A stretch of DNA of 64,000 nucleotides from Epiperipatus broadwayi. Lineage: Eukaryota; Animalia; Onychophora. The stretch covers positions 28,582,001-28,646,000 of the forward strand of contig JAQFVV010000003.1 of assembly GCA_028023455.1 (NCBI GenBank), in the 5' to 3' direction. Positions 38,051-52,218 of the stretch are shown piece after piece; position 1 is the stretch's first letter, and each line of letters starts with the position of its first letter. The translations under genes and the position numbers were made by a program. The notes below the pieces were generated by a model. That model was not told the DNA's origin. It did not search any database and worked only from the letters and a program-made list of their open reading frames with translations.

Positions 38051-39435
38051 ACTGTAAGATCCGTATTTCTTTATTTAAATGATTTATGCCTGTTTGACCT
38101 TTCATTAGGTGTTGGAAATAATGACTCATTCATGAAATGCGCCAACATGCTAATTAGTCAGTATGTTGATTTTAAAGCTGCTTTCTTTTAAAATACTTAT
38201 CGATTCCCATAGACATAAATCAATTTACATTAATGATTGTATCATGTATTCTCGTAAATATAGCGCATTGTTTGTTTCTTATTCATAAGTTCCAAAGACA
38301 TCTTTTTCAAACAATGCCAATAAAAGTGTATATAATGATTTTCATAAGATAGATAAATGATTAAAAGTGTATATTTTGCCTGTTTATCAAATCACTTAGT
38401 ACTAAACCTGTCATGATCTATTACATTTATTTTAGGCATCCGCAACGTTCTGTTAGTAAAATGTTATTAAATTGGTGTATTAACTCTGCACAAGTTACAA
38501 TACACTCCATAAAATTGTATTCAGTAAATGATTAATAAAGGGGATTTTATAAAAACAAATCCCAAGTTTTGTAAATAAACAATGTCATCCCTAAGCGTGA
38601 AACCTTTTGTAACATATATATGCATTTTCTCAATATTTTATTAAATATATATTTCATGTAAATCCTGGTTTGTTTTGAATTATTATTTTCTAATTAGTAT
38701 TTAGAATTATTTTCTTTAGCTAATAACTTAGCATTAATAAAGATAACTTTAATAAATGTAAATCCTGGGCTACTTTTATCTCAATCATCATCATCATTCT
38801 GATCTTATGCTCTACTGCTTTGCTTCTGGGCCCGGAATTAAAATAATTGTGCTGTATCATCAGGATTGTTGTTCATTGGGTCAGATTCAAAGAATAGGTA
38901 AATAGATTAGAATTCAGGATTGCTCCAGATCTGTGTATCTAGAGTATGATGGGATTCGAGGTACTTTTGCTTAGGATTTGAATCTTGTTAAGTGAGCAGA
39001 CTGTTTTGACCGGTACAATATATTCTTTTGCATATGTACATACTTAGCAAAAGAATTACATATAAAAGTGAAGGGAAAATTAATATATATATGCATGTAT
39101 ATTTAAGTTTATCATCATTATTGACAGGTCATTTGTGGGAAAATGTTACCTTTTTATCTCTAGAAGAAAAGCTAGTAGCAGGCTCTTTATATATTACATA
39201 TTGATAATACAAGCTATATAGGTCATGTGATATATGACTGATTTTTACTCTAGAAGAAAAGAAAATCAGGAAATATATATATATGGACAAACAATGGGAG
39301 ATTATAAACAGATTTTTTTTAAATGAGCAATCCTCCTCATCCTACTCCAAAATTATTTACTGTCAGTGTAAATACTTAAGATAACAATATTTTCTGGCTT
39401 TAAGTACATTATTTTCGCTTATGAATTCTAAGTCT

Positions 39436-39473
39436 TTCAGTGATGAAGACAAATGCCTGAAACCAGTCTGAGG
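39436..39473 (+). ncRNA. Degenerate type I hammerhead-like motif (third family)
   Basis: TTCA GTGATGA AGAC-AAAT-GCCT GAAA CCAG TC TGAG: stem I TTCA/TGAG and GUC are present, but the core carries a C3G change and stem II has a mismatch. Confidence 0.45.
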
Positions 39474-40288
39474 AAGTGGATATAAAATAACATCCATTGA
39501 TTGCTTAAGCTTATAATAAATGGCTCTGAAGTAGATGAAGAGAACTATATCAAAAGATTCAAACTAAAGATTGAGAATATTTTTATGATTTGAATTAGTT
39601 AGGATGATTCTTTCTGGAGTTGGCCCAAAATCTCCAGATTTTACTATTTATCTAATTGCACTAATTTTTCCACCATTCCCAAATAAAATTTTCTAAGTGG
39701 TGCACTATATTGCATGTTACTTACTACTTTCATTTTTTCTGCAACATGCCATATACAAATTGATATCATGTTATTTACTTATTTTCATTTCAAATTTCAT
39801 AAATTATAATTAAAACATTTTGAGAAAATAAATTTTAGGAAAATATTTATATATAGAATATTTTGGCTGTTTTTAAATAATTTAATCATTAATATAATAG
39901 TTTAAATAAATAATGAAAATGGCAGATTCAAGATGTAACTACATTGATTTCCATTGGAAGAAAGTAAGGCAAGAATAGTTCTATTTAATCAATTGTGTTC
40001 CATTACTCATTTTGGTGCTTGAACATCATTTAAACCCTCCAAGCAACTAAATATACAATTTACTTATTTAGTAATGCAAATTATATTTAACTCTATTCTG
40101 GGCTGTTTGATACAATAATAGTGGCCTGAAGAGTTAATGTTCCTGGATTGACTTTTGAGTCGCTGAAGATATTGAGCAGCAATTTATTTTTAAGAATTCA
40201 ATTTGGTCATGTTGCAAAGCCATTAATTTTATTAATCTTTATTTATTGTTAATATAGTAATTTTAACGAGGCAAATACATTACTCTGT

Positions 40289-40920
40289 GAAATATTTAAA
40301 TATATTGACAATTTTATTAAGATTCATAGAATAAGCTGGAAAAAATGTGTTGATGCATGTAGTTGTGGTATAATATCAATGACAGGACCTATGAAAGTAG
40401 TAAGAACATGAAATAATTTTTTTTTACTAAAACATATACAATTAATCATTCTTCTTTGCAGACATGCACTGGCTGTTCAAAATATCCCTTCAGTTTTAAT
40501 ATTTTAAATAAAAATTAATTTTGTGAAAATAAGATCCCTAAAAACAAATTGTTTTAGATTATATGTGAAGATATAGGCAGTCAATACATATCTTTTCTGA
40601 TACATACTCAATTAAATGATTACCATGTAATCCAAATTCTTATCAGACTATTTGAAATATGAAGACCCCATATTCTTATACAATGATAAATCTATATTAG
40701 CTGATCACTTCAGAAACTTTTCATGGTTGAATCAAATTGCTTATCTGCTAAATATATTCATAAAATTGAATGATGTTTCTTCCCTCTCAAAGAAAAAATG
40801 TAAATATTTTCAACACAAAAGAAATTATGATCATTTTTACAAAAATTACAATTCTGAAATAGGACTGTCAAAAAATAATATGGATCTATTTCCAACTTTT
40901 AAACATTTTTTTACAGGAAT
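40289..40920 (+). pseudogene. hAT Buster/ZBED5-like transposase fragment
   Basis: EIFKYIDNFIKIHRISWKKCVDACSCGIISMTG, CRHALAVQNIP, FVKIRSL, ICEDIGSQY, and FSWLNQIAYLLNIFIKLND. Confidence 0.8.
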
Positions 40921-41713
40921 CTAAAATTTACAAAATTAGAATTTTTTATTTTTCTTTACGTAAACACAATAATTAGGGAATTAAATAGATATTAACAAAT
41001 AACAAAGGAAAAAAAACTCCAAAATTTATCTAACTACTTTTGAAATGAATGAATTTTCAAATGACAAAGAATAAACAAATTTATATTTACTATCATTTCC
41101 ATATGTGAAAATGAATTTTCACTCTTACAACATTAGAATTCAAGATTTATAATTAAATTTTGAAAGAAAAAAAAAATCTTTTCATATTAATTACCCATTT
41201 AAATTAATATTTGTTTTTCCATTTATTTGTTTTTTGAATTTAAATAATTCATTTTTGATTATTTAATTTATAATCAGTAAAAATTCCCAGCATTCCATGA
41301 TTAAAATAAATTGGAAACTGCAGAATTAACTTACGTTTCTAAGTTAATCCATTCTAAAATTAAAATTCAAAAGTGCTTTCAAAGAAGTTACAACATATAC
41401 AACAGCAGAATAAATAACTCAAATGAAAAAGATTACCATTTGATAAATTTATGCAAGAACATTAGGCAAAAACAGCTGTTAAATTGCTCATTACAGTTAA
41501 CCCATTCCAACAATTTCTCATAAAGGAACAATGAAAACCATAATTATGAGGTTTTCTAAAAGCAGGTTAATGAAGTTTAAGCATTTTTATATTCTTGTTT
41601 CATCTTCTAAGGAGAGTTAGATACTCTTTCACCAACAAATATTGAAAGATAGTTGGATTGGCTACAGGCCAGTTATATAAAAAACTGAATGGAATTTGAA
41701 CATTTTATTTTTA

Positions 41714-41778
41714 CTTGGCTAGGGTTTAAATCCAAATCAGCCATGATATGTAAATGAGTTACCTCTGCACCACAAATT
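41714..41778 (-). mobile_element. tRNA-derived SINE head (different family)
   Basis: Minus strand GTGGTGCAGAGGTAAC...GGATTTAAACCCTAGCC shows A-box and B-box-like spacing but cannot form a full cloverleaf. Confidence 0.4.
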
Positions 41779-44700
41779 CCTTATTCAAAACATAATCTAG
41801 TGAATATATACTTAAGAATCATATTCACTCATTTTTCATTCAGATTCCAAAAGGTAGGGTTTAAATAAAAATTTAAAATATGGGCATATTTTGCATTATC
41901 TAAAATTAAATAGAAAATATAAATTAGAAACAAAAAAAGCAAGATAAAAATATCTTAAAAGCAATAAAAAAATGTTTTAATGATTACATAAAAAATATTT
42001 CATAATACCGAACATAAATACATCTACTATAAAATGTTTGTCAAAGAGAGAACAAATTAAAAGACTATCTTACTAAGTTTTATTAGCATCAAGGATCATT
42101 AAGAGAATAGAGATCTCAGTTCATGTAAGAAATGATTGTGTTTTAATCCCCTTCAACTATATTATATAGAATAAAAATTTAATAAAATTTAGGGACCTCA
42201 TAAAAAAAAAGCTTCTGATATCTATATAGTGAATCCATAGGCCATGAAGCTGTATAAGTATTTCTTCCATAATTCTAAATGGATGTGGACTCAAAATTTA
42301 AAATATGGCAAGCTACCAAAAAGAAGAAAAACTAAATAGTCTATTACAATCAAAGAATTTGGATATTTGAACAAACATTTTATTTCATTTAATTTACAAA
42401 GTACATTTTATTAGTTTAACTGTTTTAATTAAATATTAGAAATTATTTAAAAATCTTAATAGCAATAAATGCCTTTTTCCAAGTTAAATTTTTATTATGT
42501 AGCTGATTTATATAAATATGGAAGATGCACAAATATATACATTATAGTAAAATCTTATTTATGACTTCCATATCCATGGTTTCAGTTAAATGAGATTCAA
42601 AAAAATTATTATGTAAAAAATTAGAAAATTAATTAATTCTCTAAATTTTAATTTTTTAGTATACAATGCTTGTGATTTCCATATCTGGAGTTTCAATTAA
42701 CCATAATTCAAAAAAATCTTTAAATAAAAAAATTGATTTTTTGAATTTTAATTTACTATGTATGCATTGAACACTGCAAAAATGTCACAAACAAATGATT
42801 AATATTTTTAGTAAAGCTTTAATCTCTGAACTTATTATAAGTTTATTTATATTAAAGACATATATAAATTTATATCAAACATTTTTAATTCAATGTAAAA
42901 TTTACCATATAAATCCATTAGTAGCAAGTGAGTATTTTAGCATTAGAAAACATTTTTAAATTTGTGATTTCCACAGAAGCAAATTATATTGGTATCCCTT
43001 ATAAATAATACAATCATTTTTCCATTTCAGCACAAAAAGAATTTTATAGTTCTTATTACTTAAAAGAAAAAGTTAGGAACTAAAGATTCTTAGCCTTTAG
43101 TTAGTCCTATTTGTCCTTTTATCTTTAAAAAAAGAAAATAAAGAATTTCCACTTTTTAAAATATATATGATTTGCTAGTATCTACAAATTCTGGTATGTT
43201 CTGGACCACGTGGAAGGTCCTAAATTTTGGATAAAATAGAGTTGAGGCAGGGAAGCAACTTTTAATATTTAAACCAACCGTTAACTGAGTTTTAAAATTA
43301 CTTGTCGAGTTATTAATCATTACTATTAATAATCAGTCAGTCACCATAATTATTTGACCAGTTTAACATTGTTTATATATGTTATCAAACACAACTCTTG
43401 ATTATCATTTTTCAAATAACTGGAGAAAATAAACAACATACAGAAAATTCTATTACAAAATTGAAAATAAAAACAATGTAATGATTAATCACAGAAAAAT
43501 TATATGGGTGAAGTCTAACTTGACCATTAGCTTTAAAAGTACATATAATATACACACAATTTTAATAACACTGTAATTATATATGTATAAAAACTGATTT
43601 AATATTAATTATCATGATTAGATATAATTACCTTTTTAATAAATAATATGTAATCATTAATTTATTCCAAAAAATCAAGCAAACTTTATTAGCTTTGAAT
43701 AAATTAATGCTTTTATTTATAAGACTGTAAAAAAAAAAAAAAAAGTTGCAAATAAAATAGGAAAAAATTTTTTTTAAAGAATGATTAGCAGAATAAGAAA
43801 AACTGGAAGCAAATTTAATCATTTCTAATGTAAAAAAAAAAATTAAAGAGTTATCTCTAAATTTCTGTATAAGAATTAAATGAAAAAGAAAATATCTTAT
43901 TTTTTTAAAAATTGTTTCAAATTAAAAAAAAAAAAAAAACTGCAAATAGAAAAATATTGCAATAAGACTTATCAATGATAATGAAAAAAAGCAGTTCAAA
44001 AACAATAAACTTGCAAAAAAATATTTTTTATGGTGCTGATTTCAGCTTCAAAGAAAGATGATAGATGCAGATTTTTAAAAATATACGTCTATATGATGGA
44101 TTGATAGTTTTACAGTATTTTGATTTTGTAATGCATCTTAATACTTTTAAACAGAATATAATTCTATCAGTAAAAAATAATAAAATTTTATTCCTAAATT
44201 ATCATTCAACTATTTATAACTCATTCTTATTTACAAACTATCCATATATTAATTCCTCTCCGATAAATTCTAATTAAGTCTTTTATAAGTGCATTTTCCA
44301 AACACGATTTTAATGAAAAATAAAATGACTGAAAATCATGAGCTCATTAAAATTTAATAACTGAACAATTAAGAAAAAAAACAAGTGTTTGAATTAATGG
44401 TAAAAAAATAATAATAAAATTAATTGGAGAGGTGAAGCGTTTGTAAAAAAACAAAGTTATTATGTTTAACAAAAATATATTTTAATGTCAACTATTATAG
44501 ATAGAAATTAGATTTTAAAAGGATGGATTCATCAATCTTGAAAATAAAACCTGTAAAGATGAATAAAATTTATTGTATATATATTGCCTTTTTCAGGGTA
44601 ACATTTTTTAATGATGAAAAGATTTTATAAACCACTACACATTTAAATATATAAAAAAAAAAAAAATGTTTTTAAATTTACATGCAAAATATATATATCT

Positions 44701-46369
44701 GTTTTGTGAAAATATATGTAGTGATAAAAAAAAAAAGCCTATCATATATGGCAGAAGTCAAGGACTGAATTTGAGGTGTATGAAATAAATAAACATTTTC
44801 TGAAGTTTATCAAAATATATATATGAGAACTAATAAAACTTGTAATCTGCAAATAAGTTAAAATATTGCAGGGGAATGTTTCTAAACATTTTGTTTATTT
44901 AGGGAAAAAGTTGAATAATGAATATATATGCAGTTCTTTTATTGATTTCAAATATTTGCAAATAAAAATTAAGAAATTTAGATTTAATATAATAAAATAT
45001 TGTCTTTGAGTTCATAATTATTATTTAGGAAAAAAATGTTTATAAATATATAATATGTTCCAATATTATCAAAATCTTATTCATCATAAGCAAAAACAAT
45101 ATGAGTCAAAACATGATTTTTATATATAAAAATAATTCTATAAAATAAAAAAATTATAATTATTTTAAAAAAATGAGTTTGATGTCAGACTTAAATTATT
45201 ATTTCATAAAAAAATGGATTAAAATTGGAATTGTTTATGGATTTAATAAACAGGTTCCCAAAAAAATGTGAAGTAGACAATAAAATTTATTTACTTATAA
45301 ATAAAAACCCTTGCACTTAGTTAATTATTAGATATACTAATTAATTCATTTAATTAATTCAATAGGATTTGTAAATCAAAAAACAATTACAAAGTTAATA
45401 GTTCATCTAAGTTGAGAAACAACTTAAGACAAATTTTAACACTGGGGTGATTCAACATTTCTGAAATTAGTACCTGTATGCTAAAATCAGTCACAAATAA
45501 ATTCAGTGGCAAGGTACATTCAATCCAACAATTTATAATATCCATCAAATAAAAAGATCTTGATAATCATGCATCTGTATTATACCATAATAATATGAAG
45601 TTTCACTAAATTGCTTCAACCACTAAAATAAGATTCCTCAATTGTGTCTGTTGTAGTCAATCCTATTAAGATGAAGTCTGCCTGATTCTAAAGTGTTGTC
45701 TCTAGTTTTTGGACTTGCCTGAATCTCATATGATATGACCAGCTGAAAATAAAAGATGAAATCTCCATGTGTAATGGTAAAAATGTATTTGGCAATATAA
45801 GAATGACTTATTAGAAAACATGTAGTGGAAAGAATTTGGACAATCAGTAATGATGTATTCAAACTCTAAAAATCTAGCTAGATGAGAACATTTATATTTT
45901 TTATTTAATCTAATTATAATTTTTCTATTACTAACTCCAATTATATTTGAAAGTTTTTATTCTGTATTTCAATGTTTAACATTTAGATTGTATTAATATT
46001 CTTGAAATGTAATATTTTATTTTCTTCTTGTTATATTTGGTAGAAATAGGAGTCCTAATTTCATTTTCAAAAAAGGGAAAAATTTGATATGCACTTATAT
46101 CTAATTTATTATATTTAAAAATTGTATGACAATATAGATTATTAGAAAATGGATTGAACATGCTTTGAAAATTTTGCAATCTCAAGGTCTTCATGCCAAA
46201 AATAAATATAACTCTCATATGTTATATGTAAGTATTCTATTTTAACTTTTTTTATTATTTGATAAATGTATAATTTATTAATGTGTTTGTCTGATACTAG
46301 CATGTCTGTGTAGTATATAAATTATATTTGTATTCAAATATAATGAAAGCAGTGATTTTGATTGCATCT

Positions 46370-47060
46370 ATAAAATTAAGCAATTATATACAATGTAATT
46401 TTGGGGCTCTGATCCAAGTTTGAGGCATTCTTGTTTTACAGACATAATGATTCAAAAGGTTTAATAATTTATTAGCATGTCTGTATTTATATTACCATTT
46501 GTACTAGCATGTTTGTTTGCATAACAAGTAATGACTTTAACCGCATCTATAAAATTAGGCTATTATAGAGCAGCAAAATGTAAATTTTAAGGCTGATTAT
46601 CAGATACACAGAAATATTGCAGTTGATGAAGCAATCACAAAATTTATTGGCCCTAGTACCATGTGACAATATAAACTCTCAAAACCCATAGACATTTCAA
46701 GTGGTGGGTGCGTGTTGATAGCCACAATGGTTAGGTATACCACATGGAATTGTATGCAAGCAAAAAATCAAATCCAGATTCTTGCCTATGGCTTGATACT
46801 CATGCTGTGGAATCAGTAGTTTTGCCACATCCTGCATCATATTATTTTCAAGTCTACACTTAGCAAATGAGCTATATGCAAATAAATTATATCCCTGTGG
46901 GACAATAAAAATAACAGGATAGCATCAATGGTGTGCATAAAAGATATAAAATGAGTTATGAAGAGAGGAGACTCATTTTATTATTGATAAAGTCAGTGGT
47001 TTTTAATTTCTAGTTATGGATAGACAAGAAGCCAATTGCTATGTTATATCCATTTTGTGG
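46370..47060 (+). pseudogene. piggyBac (PGBD4-like) transposase remnant
   Basis: YQIHRNIAVDEAITKFIGPSTM*QYKLSKP/RHFKWWVRVDSHNG*VYHMELYASK, SSLHLANELYANKLYPCGTI and WIDKKPIAML, with stops and frameshifts. Confidence 0.85.
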
Positions 47061-47838
47061 AAATGATTTTGTATCTTTTATTAGGAAGAATCTTTTTTTT
47101 TTATATAGAAAAATTGAATTAAAGGTAATTGGAATGTAATTGAGAATTATAAAAAAGTATTTTATTATATATTTGTGTTTTGTTTGTACTTGAGACTTCT
47201 GTCTTGGTAATGAAAATAGTGACTGAAATTTTAACTTTGGCTAGTTTTTTATAATTTTGAATTTAATATAATTTATTTAACAGATACACTGAAACCGACC
47301 AAAATATTCAAGTCGAATAATTCAATATGAAAAATATGAGAAAGGAAGAACTTTTATTCTTTAGCAGAAAAGTAACCGTATTCCTTCCAAATTTGAAAAA
47401 CAATTCAACATAATGATACAAAATATTTTTAAAATTAATATTATTAATTATAAAATTGCTAATTAGAGCATTCATTATTTTTAAATTCTGTTGTTTTTTT
47501 TTTTAATTTAAAAAATAATGTACGCTGAATCAAAATGATTTTAATAAATAATGATTTGTAAATATGATTATTTGAAGAAACTGTATTTTAATACATAACT
47601 ACAATATAGGTTTTTTTTCATCATATGCACAAATCAAATTATATCAAATCTTGTACATGGGCTATTTATGTGAGATGGAACTGCCTATATATATTTAATT
47701 ATTACTAGTATTTTCATATAAAATTATCATAAATACAAATAAACAGTTTTTAAACAATTTATTTAAACAATAAGCAACTTCAACAAATTTATAAATATTA
47801 AATAAATGATAAATACTCAAAACCATAAGAAGTAAATA

Positions 47839-49067
47839 CCGTATTTCTCACCTTATAAAACATGTTGGCATATAAGATGCATCCACCATTTAACAAAAAT
47901 TATGTAAGTTCTTTGCCTGAAGACAAAGCCAGACATCAAGGTAATTCTAATCAAGTTAGTAATAGATTTGAGCATGACTGGCAGGAATTTTACCATTGCT
48001 TAATCATCATTTAAAACAAAAATTGGAAGAACTAAGATTCTACCAAACTATCTTCTGTTTCATTCAATTTTTTTAAGAAAATGTTTTATTGCATGAATTG
48101 TATTAATTTTTTTTTTTAAAGAAAAACATTATACTAAACATATATTCAATTTTTATAAATGGTATTAACTATCTTACCCCATGACACCAAAATTCATGGA
48201 AAAACATTATAACTTAATATAAGTTTTGACTATTCAAGTCCTCTAACCAAATGTCATTACCCAAATCACCTTCTTTTTCTATCCTATTCTTTATCATCAT
48301 AGTTTCAATATCAGACTTCTTATTATCAAGATATAATACAATACTTTTCTATATAAAAACTATTTAGACGAAAAACTTATCATTTTTAACTACAACTAAT
48401 AATTTAATTGATTATATCTTTTACATACTCTTACTTTCTTCTAAAACCTTTATAAAACTCTATTTCCTTCAAAGTATATGCCCATTACAGTCTTTTTCTT
48501 TTCTATTTATTTTTCAATTATCAAAAATGAATGATTAGAAAGAAATCTACTCTCTTATCTTTTTCAATATTTCATTACTTCTAATTTATCAGCTCTCTCG
48601 CCAAATGTCTAAAACTCTATATAAATTGCCAAATTTCAAAATAAATACTTTACTAGACATTTATTTTAAAAATTTGATTCACAAAATAAATTTCTTTGAC
48701 TGCAAATCTAGAGTTTCTTAAATATTCATACATCTATTCTTATTTTGAATAGTTCAATATAGACTGTAAGTTTTTTCTTTCAAAGTTAACATCATGATGC
48801 TTTTTCAAAAATATTTAATATCTCTTTATAAAATTTATCATTTCCAAAGAAGACCTTATCACTAGTTAGCCAAATGTATCGAAATTACTCTCCTGATTTA
48901 ATATTTTTCAACTAAATTATAATAATAATTTCATAGAACAGTAAGTAAAAGGAAGAATTTTTCATTTTTGCCATTGTCTTGTAAAATGCAATTACTTTTT
49001 TTTTTAAAAAAAAAGTACAGATTTTTGAAGCAGGAGGGGCATATGCTTTATTTGGAAAAAAATACGG
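47839..49067. mobile_element. Possible Tc2/Tigger-type element ends
   Basis: TA|CCGTATTTCTCACCTTATAA ... TTATTTGGAAAAAAATACGG|TG. The TIR match is short, so the two ends may not belong together. Confidence 0.3.
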
Positions 49068-49146
49068 TGTTTTTCAATAACAATTGTTTTTAATTATCAA
49101 AAATAAAGCTTTCAATATGTAAAATAAAAAAAGGATTTAAAATCAA

Positions 49147-49980
49147 TTAGGCTGAAGATGGAATACTTATTAAATGGAGTTGAGGAATAGGAAGAGGCTG
49201 AGTATAACCACTCGCACAAGTTGAATCTTCAAAAGCTATGCTGTAAAATCCATCTACTTCCTGAGGTTGTTTAATTACCATCCCTGGATAAAAACAAGTG
49301 GTTTGAGGATATATAGCATAAACCCTGGCACCACAAGGAAACAAAATGTCTGGATGGGTGTCAGGATTAACTTTAAATTTTGGTAGTGGAATAACTTTAC
49401 TTTTCTTAATTGTGTATTGTTCTCCACCATCAATATCTTCAACATTATATTTCCCAGTAGTTGGGTTATAATTTGTTACTTCTCCCAGAAGCCAATTTAT
49501 TTCACTGTCTTCATTCACTGTCTTAAATGCTACTTTGTCTCCTTCATATGCAATATAATTATCACTTTCTGATACAATTCCACAAAGATATGGCACTTTG
49601 TCAATAGAATCCTTCCAAACAGGTAACATTTGAGCTTCCTTTTGTAATCGCTGAATAAGAAGGCCTGCATGACGAACTAACTTATCAGTTTTTTGTGAAT
49701 CTTTATACTGACATTCAGGAGAATTATTTTTATACTTTTTCTTGTCTAGTTTAAGAATTCGTAATGTACATAATGCATGCTCCAAAGCCTTAATTTCTTT
49801 TTGTGTATTTTGAAGAATCTCTTCAGCTATCAATTTAATTTTAATTCTCCTTTCATTTTCACAAATTTTATTAAAACCTGAAGATGACAGAGTTTCTTCC
49901 ATCTGCTGGAGATTGATATTTATGTTATCTCTTATGGATTGAGTTTCACGCACAGTTTTATACAAATCACTTAGATTTTC
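49147..49980 (-). CDS. SGF29: SAGA-associated factor 29-like protein (coiled-coil plus tandem Tudor), main and terminal exon of 277 codons
   Basis: Acceptor CTTTTTATAG at 49981 opens phase 0 (ENLSDLYKTVRETQ). LPVW...PYLCG, GDKVA, WLLGEV, KYNVEDID, VIPLPKFKVNP, YAIYPQTTCFYP and IAFED...GY align with SGF29 family motifs. The frame is intact. Confidence 0.92.
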   Translation of the reverse strand, partial: ENLSDLYKTVRETQSIRDNININLQQMEETLSSSGFNKICENERRIKIKLIAEEILQNTQKEIKALEHALCTLRILKLDKKKYKNNSPECQYKDSQKTDKLVRHAGLLIQRLQKEAQMLPVWKDSIDKVPYLCGIVSESDNYIAYEGDKVAFKTVNEDSEINWLLGEVTNYNPTTGKYNVEDIDGGEQYTIKKSKVIPLPKFKVNPDTHPDILFPCGARVYAIYPQTTCFYPGMVIKQPQEVDGFYSIAFEDSTCASGYTQPLPIPQLHLISIPSSA

Positions 49981-51209
49981 CTATAAAAAGAAAATATACA
50001 TAGTTATTAATTCTAAAAAAAAATACAAATTTATCTACTGTTACTATAAAAATTTATTTATAAAATTTAAAAGAAAAGCAATTTATGAAAAGTATTATTA
50101 CAACTTTCACTAATTAGGAATCAAAAGCCTAACCTACATTTGATGTCTTTAATTTCCAATAATATTTATAAATAATATACATCAAGTGACAAAGAGTTCT
50201 CCGATTCAAAATAAAATTTATAATAATGGAAAATTGTAAATACTTAATGTTCGAAAAATATTAAGGCATTACCTACAATAGATTAAAAGATTTATTTTAT
50301 TATAATATATAAAAAATCCTATAGAGAACACATTAACATGCATACAAATTTAATGATAGCATTACTTCCTTTGATATATGGTATACTTATTAAATACTTG
50401 GCACTTGAAATAAGAGGTTAAATTTATAACCCTATTTAACAATTTTTCTTCTCCCTTCATATAAAAAACAAAAGAAAAAATTCAAACTTTCTTCGAAATG
50501 AAATTTATATAAGAAAAAAATATTGCATGAGTATATATTGTGAAACATTTTGTTAAGTTGTGGTAGGCCTTCTTTTACACACTATAAAGTGAAAAATAAT
50601 CAAGCTATGATGAAGAAAAATATATTGTTCCTATTTCCAAAAACATAGCTATATTTCCTGATTAACTGGCCTACTGATTATTATGACCTACACTGCCCGC
50701 GGAATCATTTTTATTTATTTTAATAAAGGCATCAGAATTCGCTGACCTGTCGCATTGCACCACACACTGTAATTTAAAAGGAAATTTATTACAAAGATCA
50801 GGGTCTAAATTTATTGTTATTTTAAGGATCTTTATGAATCTTTTCCGGGGTTAAACTATTAAATATAACGGCAAAGGTAATTTCTTCAATTAAATATTAA
50901 TAAACTAACATTAACATCTAATATTCAAATTAAGAATGTACAAAGAGAGTGCTAAATTAATACTAAATATTTTATTAAAATCTATTTAAAATATTTAAAC
51001 AAGAATTAGTAAAGAAAAAATTGGAAAAAACAACAACATACACTAATCCAAATATTATTAATCAGATGAAAAGTTCTTGTTACATTTAAATTCTTCTAGC
51101 TAGTTCCTTGAAACATTGAAAATCAGTATCTATCGGTATTATCATTCATGGCTAATGTTAATTGGCAACAATTAAAGTCACAAATTGGGAGTAAATAATC
51201 TTAACTTAC

Positions 51210-51486
51210 CGATAAGCTTGTATCAGTTCTTGTAATATACTTGTCTTCCTTTGGGATCCCGTGCTCCTTGAAATTTAATTGATCTCTCCTGCTCGCATCT
51301 TCACATTCCTGGTCCAATCCATATCTGGAGCAAGAAGCTCGGTTGCGATGACCTCTTCATTACAAAAGACGGTGTTCACAAGGTTTTGTTTCCATTCTTG
51401 CAGGACGACTTCGTTCAGCAAGTGAGTAGAGTTCCTGTGCAGACGCATTTCACTGCAACAGGTCACTCTCACGAAAACTTCCAACT
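51210..51486 (-). other. Candidate 277-nt upstream exon of the SGF29-like gene (non-coding or uORF-bearing)
   Basis: Acceptor TGTGTTTTTAG and donor TCG|GTAAGT, with raised GC. The frame continuous with SGF29 has TAA TGA mid-exon and no ATG after them. Confidence 0.5.
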
Positions 51487-52218
51487 CTAAAAACACATAA
51501 CTAGAAGATAAAAGAAAGAACTAGATCGAAGTTGTCCTCTTCTTTTTATACTTCGATCCAGTTTTGAAACATCTGTGCATGTTATTATTATCATGACCTT
51601 AGGTTTATAATCTTATACATTTATTTTCTTTTTCTAGTATAAAGTTCTTTTTTTAATAAATTATTTCTGCCATCTTTAATCAATATCCTAAAGGTTTTCT
51701 TGATCGTAATCTTTGTACTTTTGAAATTCTTTTTGCTTATTTGGATTAGTAATCTGCATGCCTTTTTCATTCTTTCCAATTTTAACTTTTATTAAATTAC
51801 AAATAAATAATTCGAAACAAAAAAATCAACTCTCATTGTACATTTAAAAAAAAAAAAAAAAATTCTACTTTTTTTTTTTTAGCTTTTAAGTATTTTCAAA
51901 TGCCAATATATTTGGACCATCTATTTGTAGACAGTACAATTGTAAGAAGTGATCCATACATCCCAACAAGAACCATTAAACACCCTTATTTATTTTAACA
52001 TCAACACCCACCATAACAACATTCCTGATATCTAATGTACCATAAGTTATATATATAAAGAGAATGTAATCCAATTAAAATGTATTCCCGAAAACAAAAA
52101 TGTTAACAAACATTTTAGATAAGAAAATACTTAATTGTTTATATAATTAAAAGGCAAACAAACGTGATAAAATCCATAACCCAAACTAAACATGTAAAAC
52201 TTAAATATTTATACTTAC

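Noticed and set aside
37648-38082. 144-aa plus-strand ORF as a host gene
   Set aside because: No recognisable domain, a non-ATG start, and it is antisense to a LINE-like remnant.
47918-47945. CTGAAGA as a further hammerhead
   Set aside because: No downstream GAAA and no stem II.
51326-51364. 39-nt in-frame intron that would remove the TAA TGA and give a long SGF29 N-terminus
   Set aside because: The GT-AG is present and frame-preserving, but 39 nt is shorter than typical minimal insect introns. It cannot be accepted without reads.
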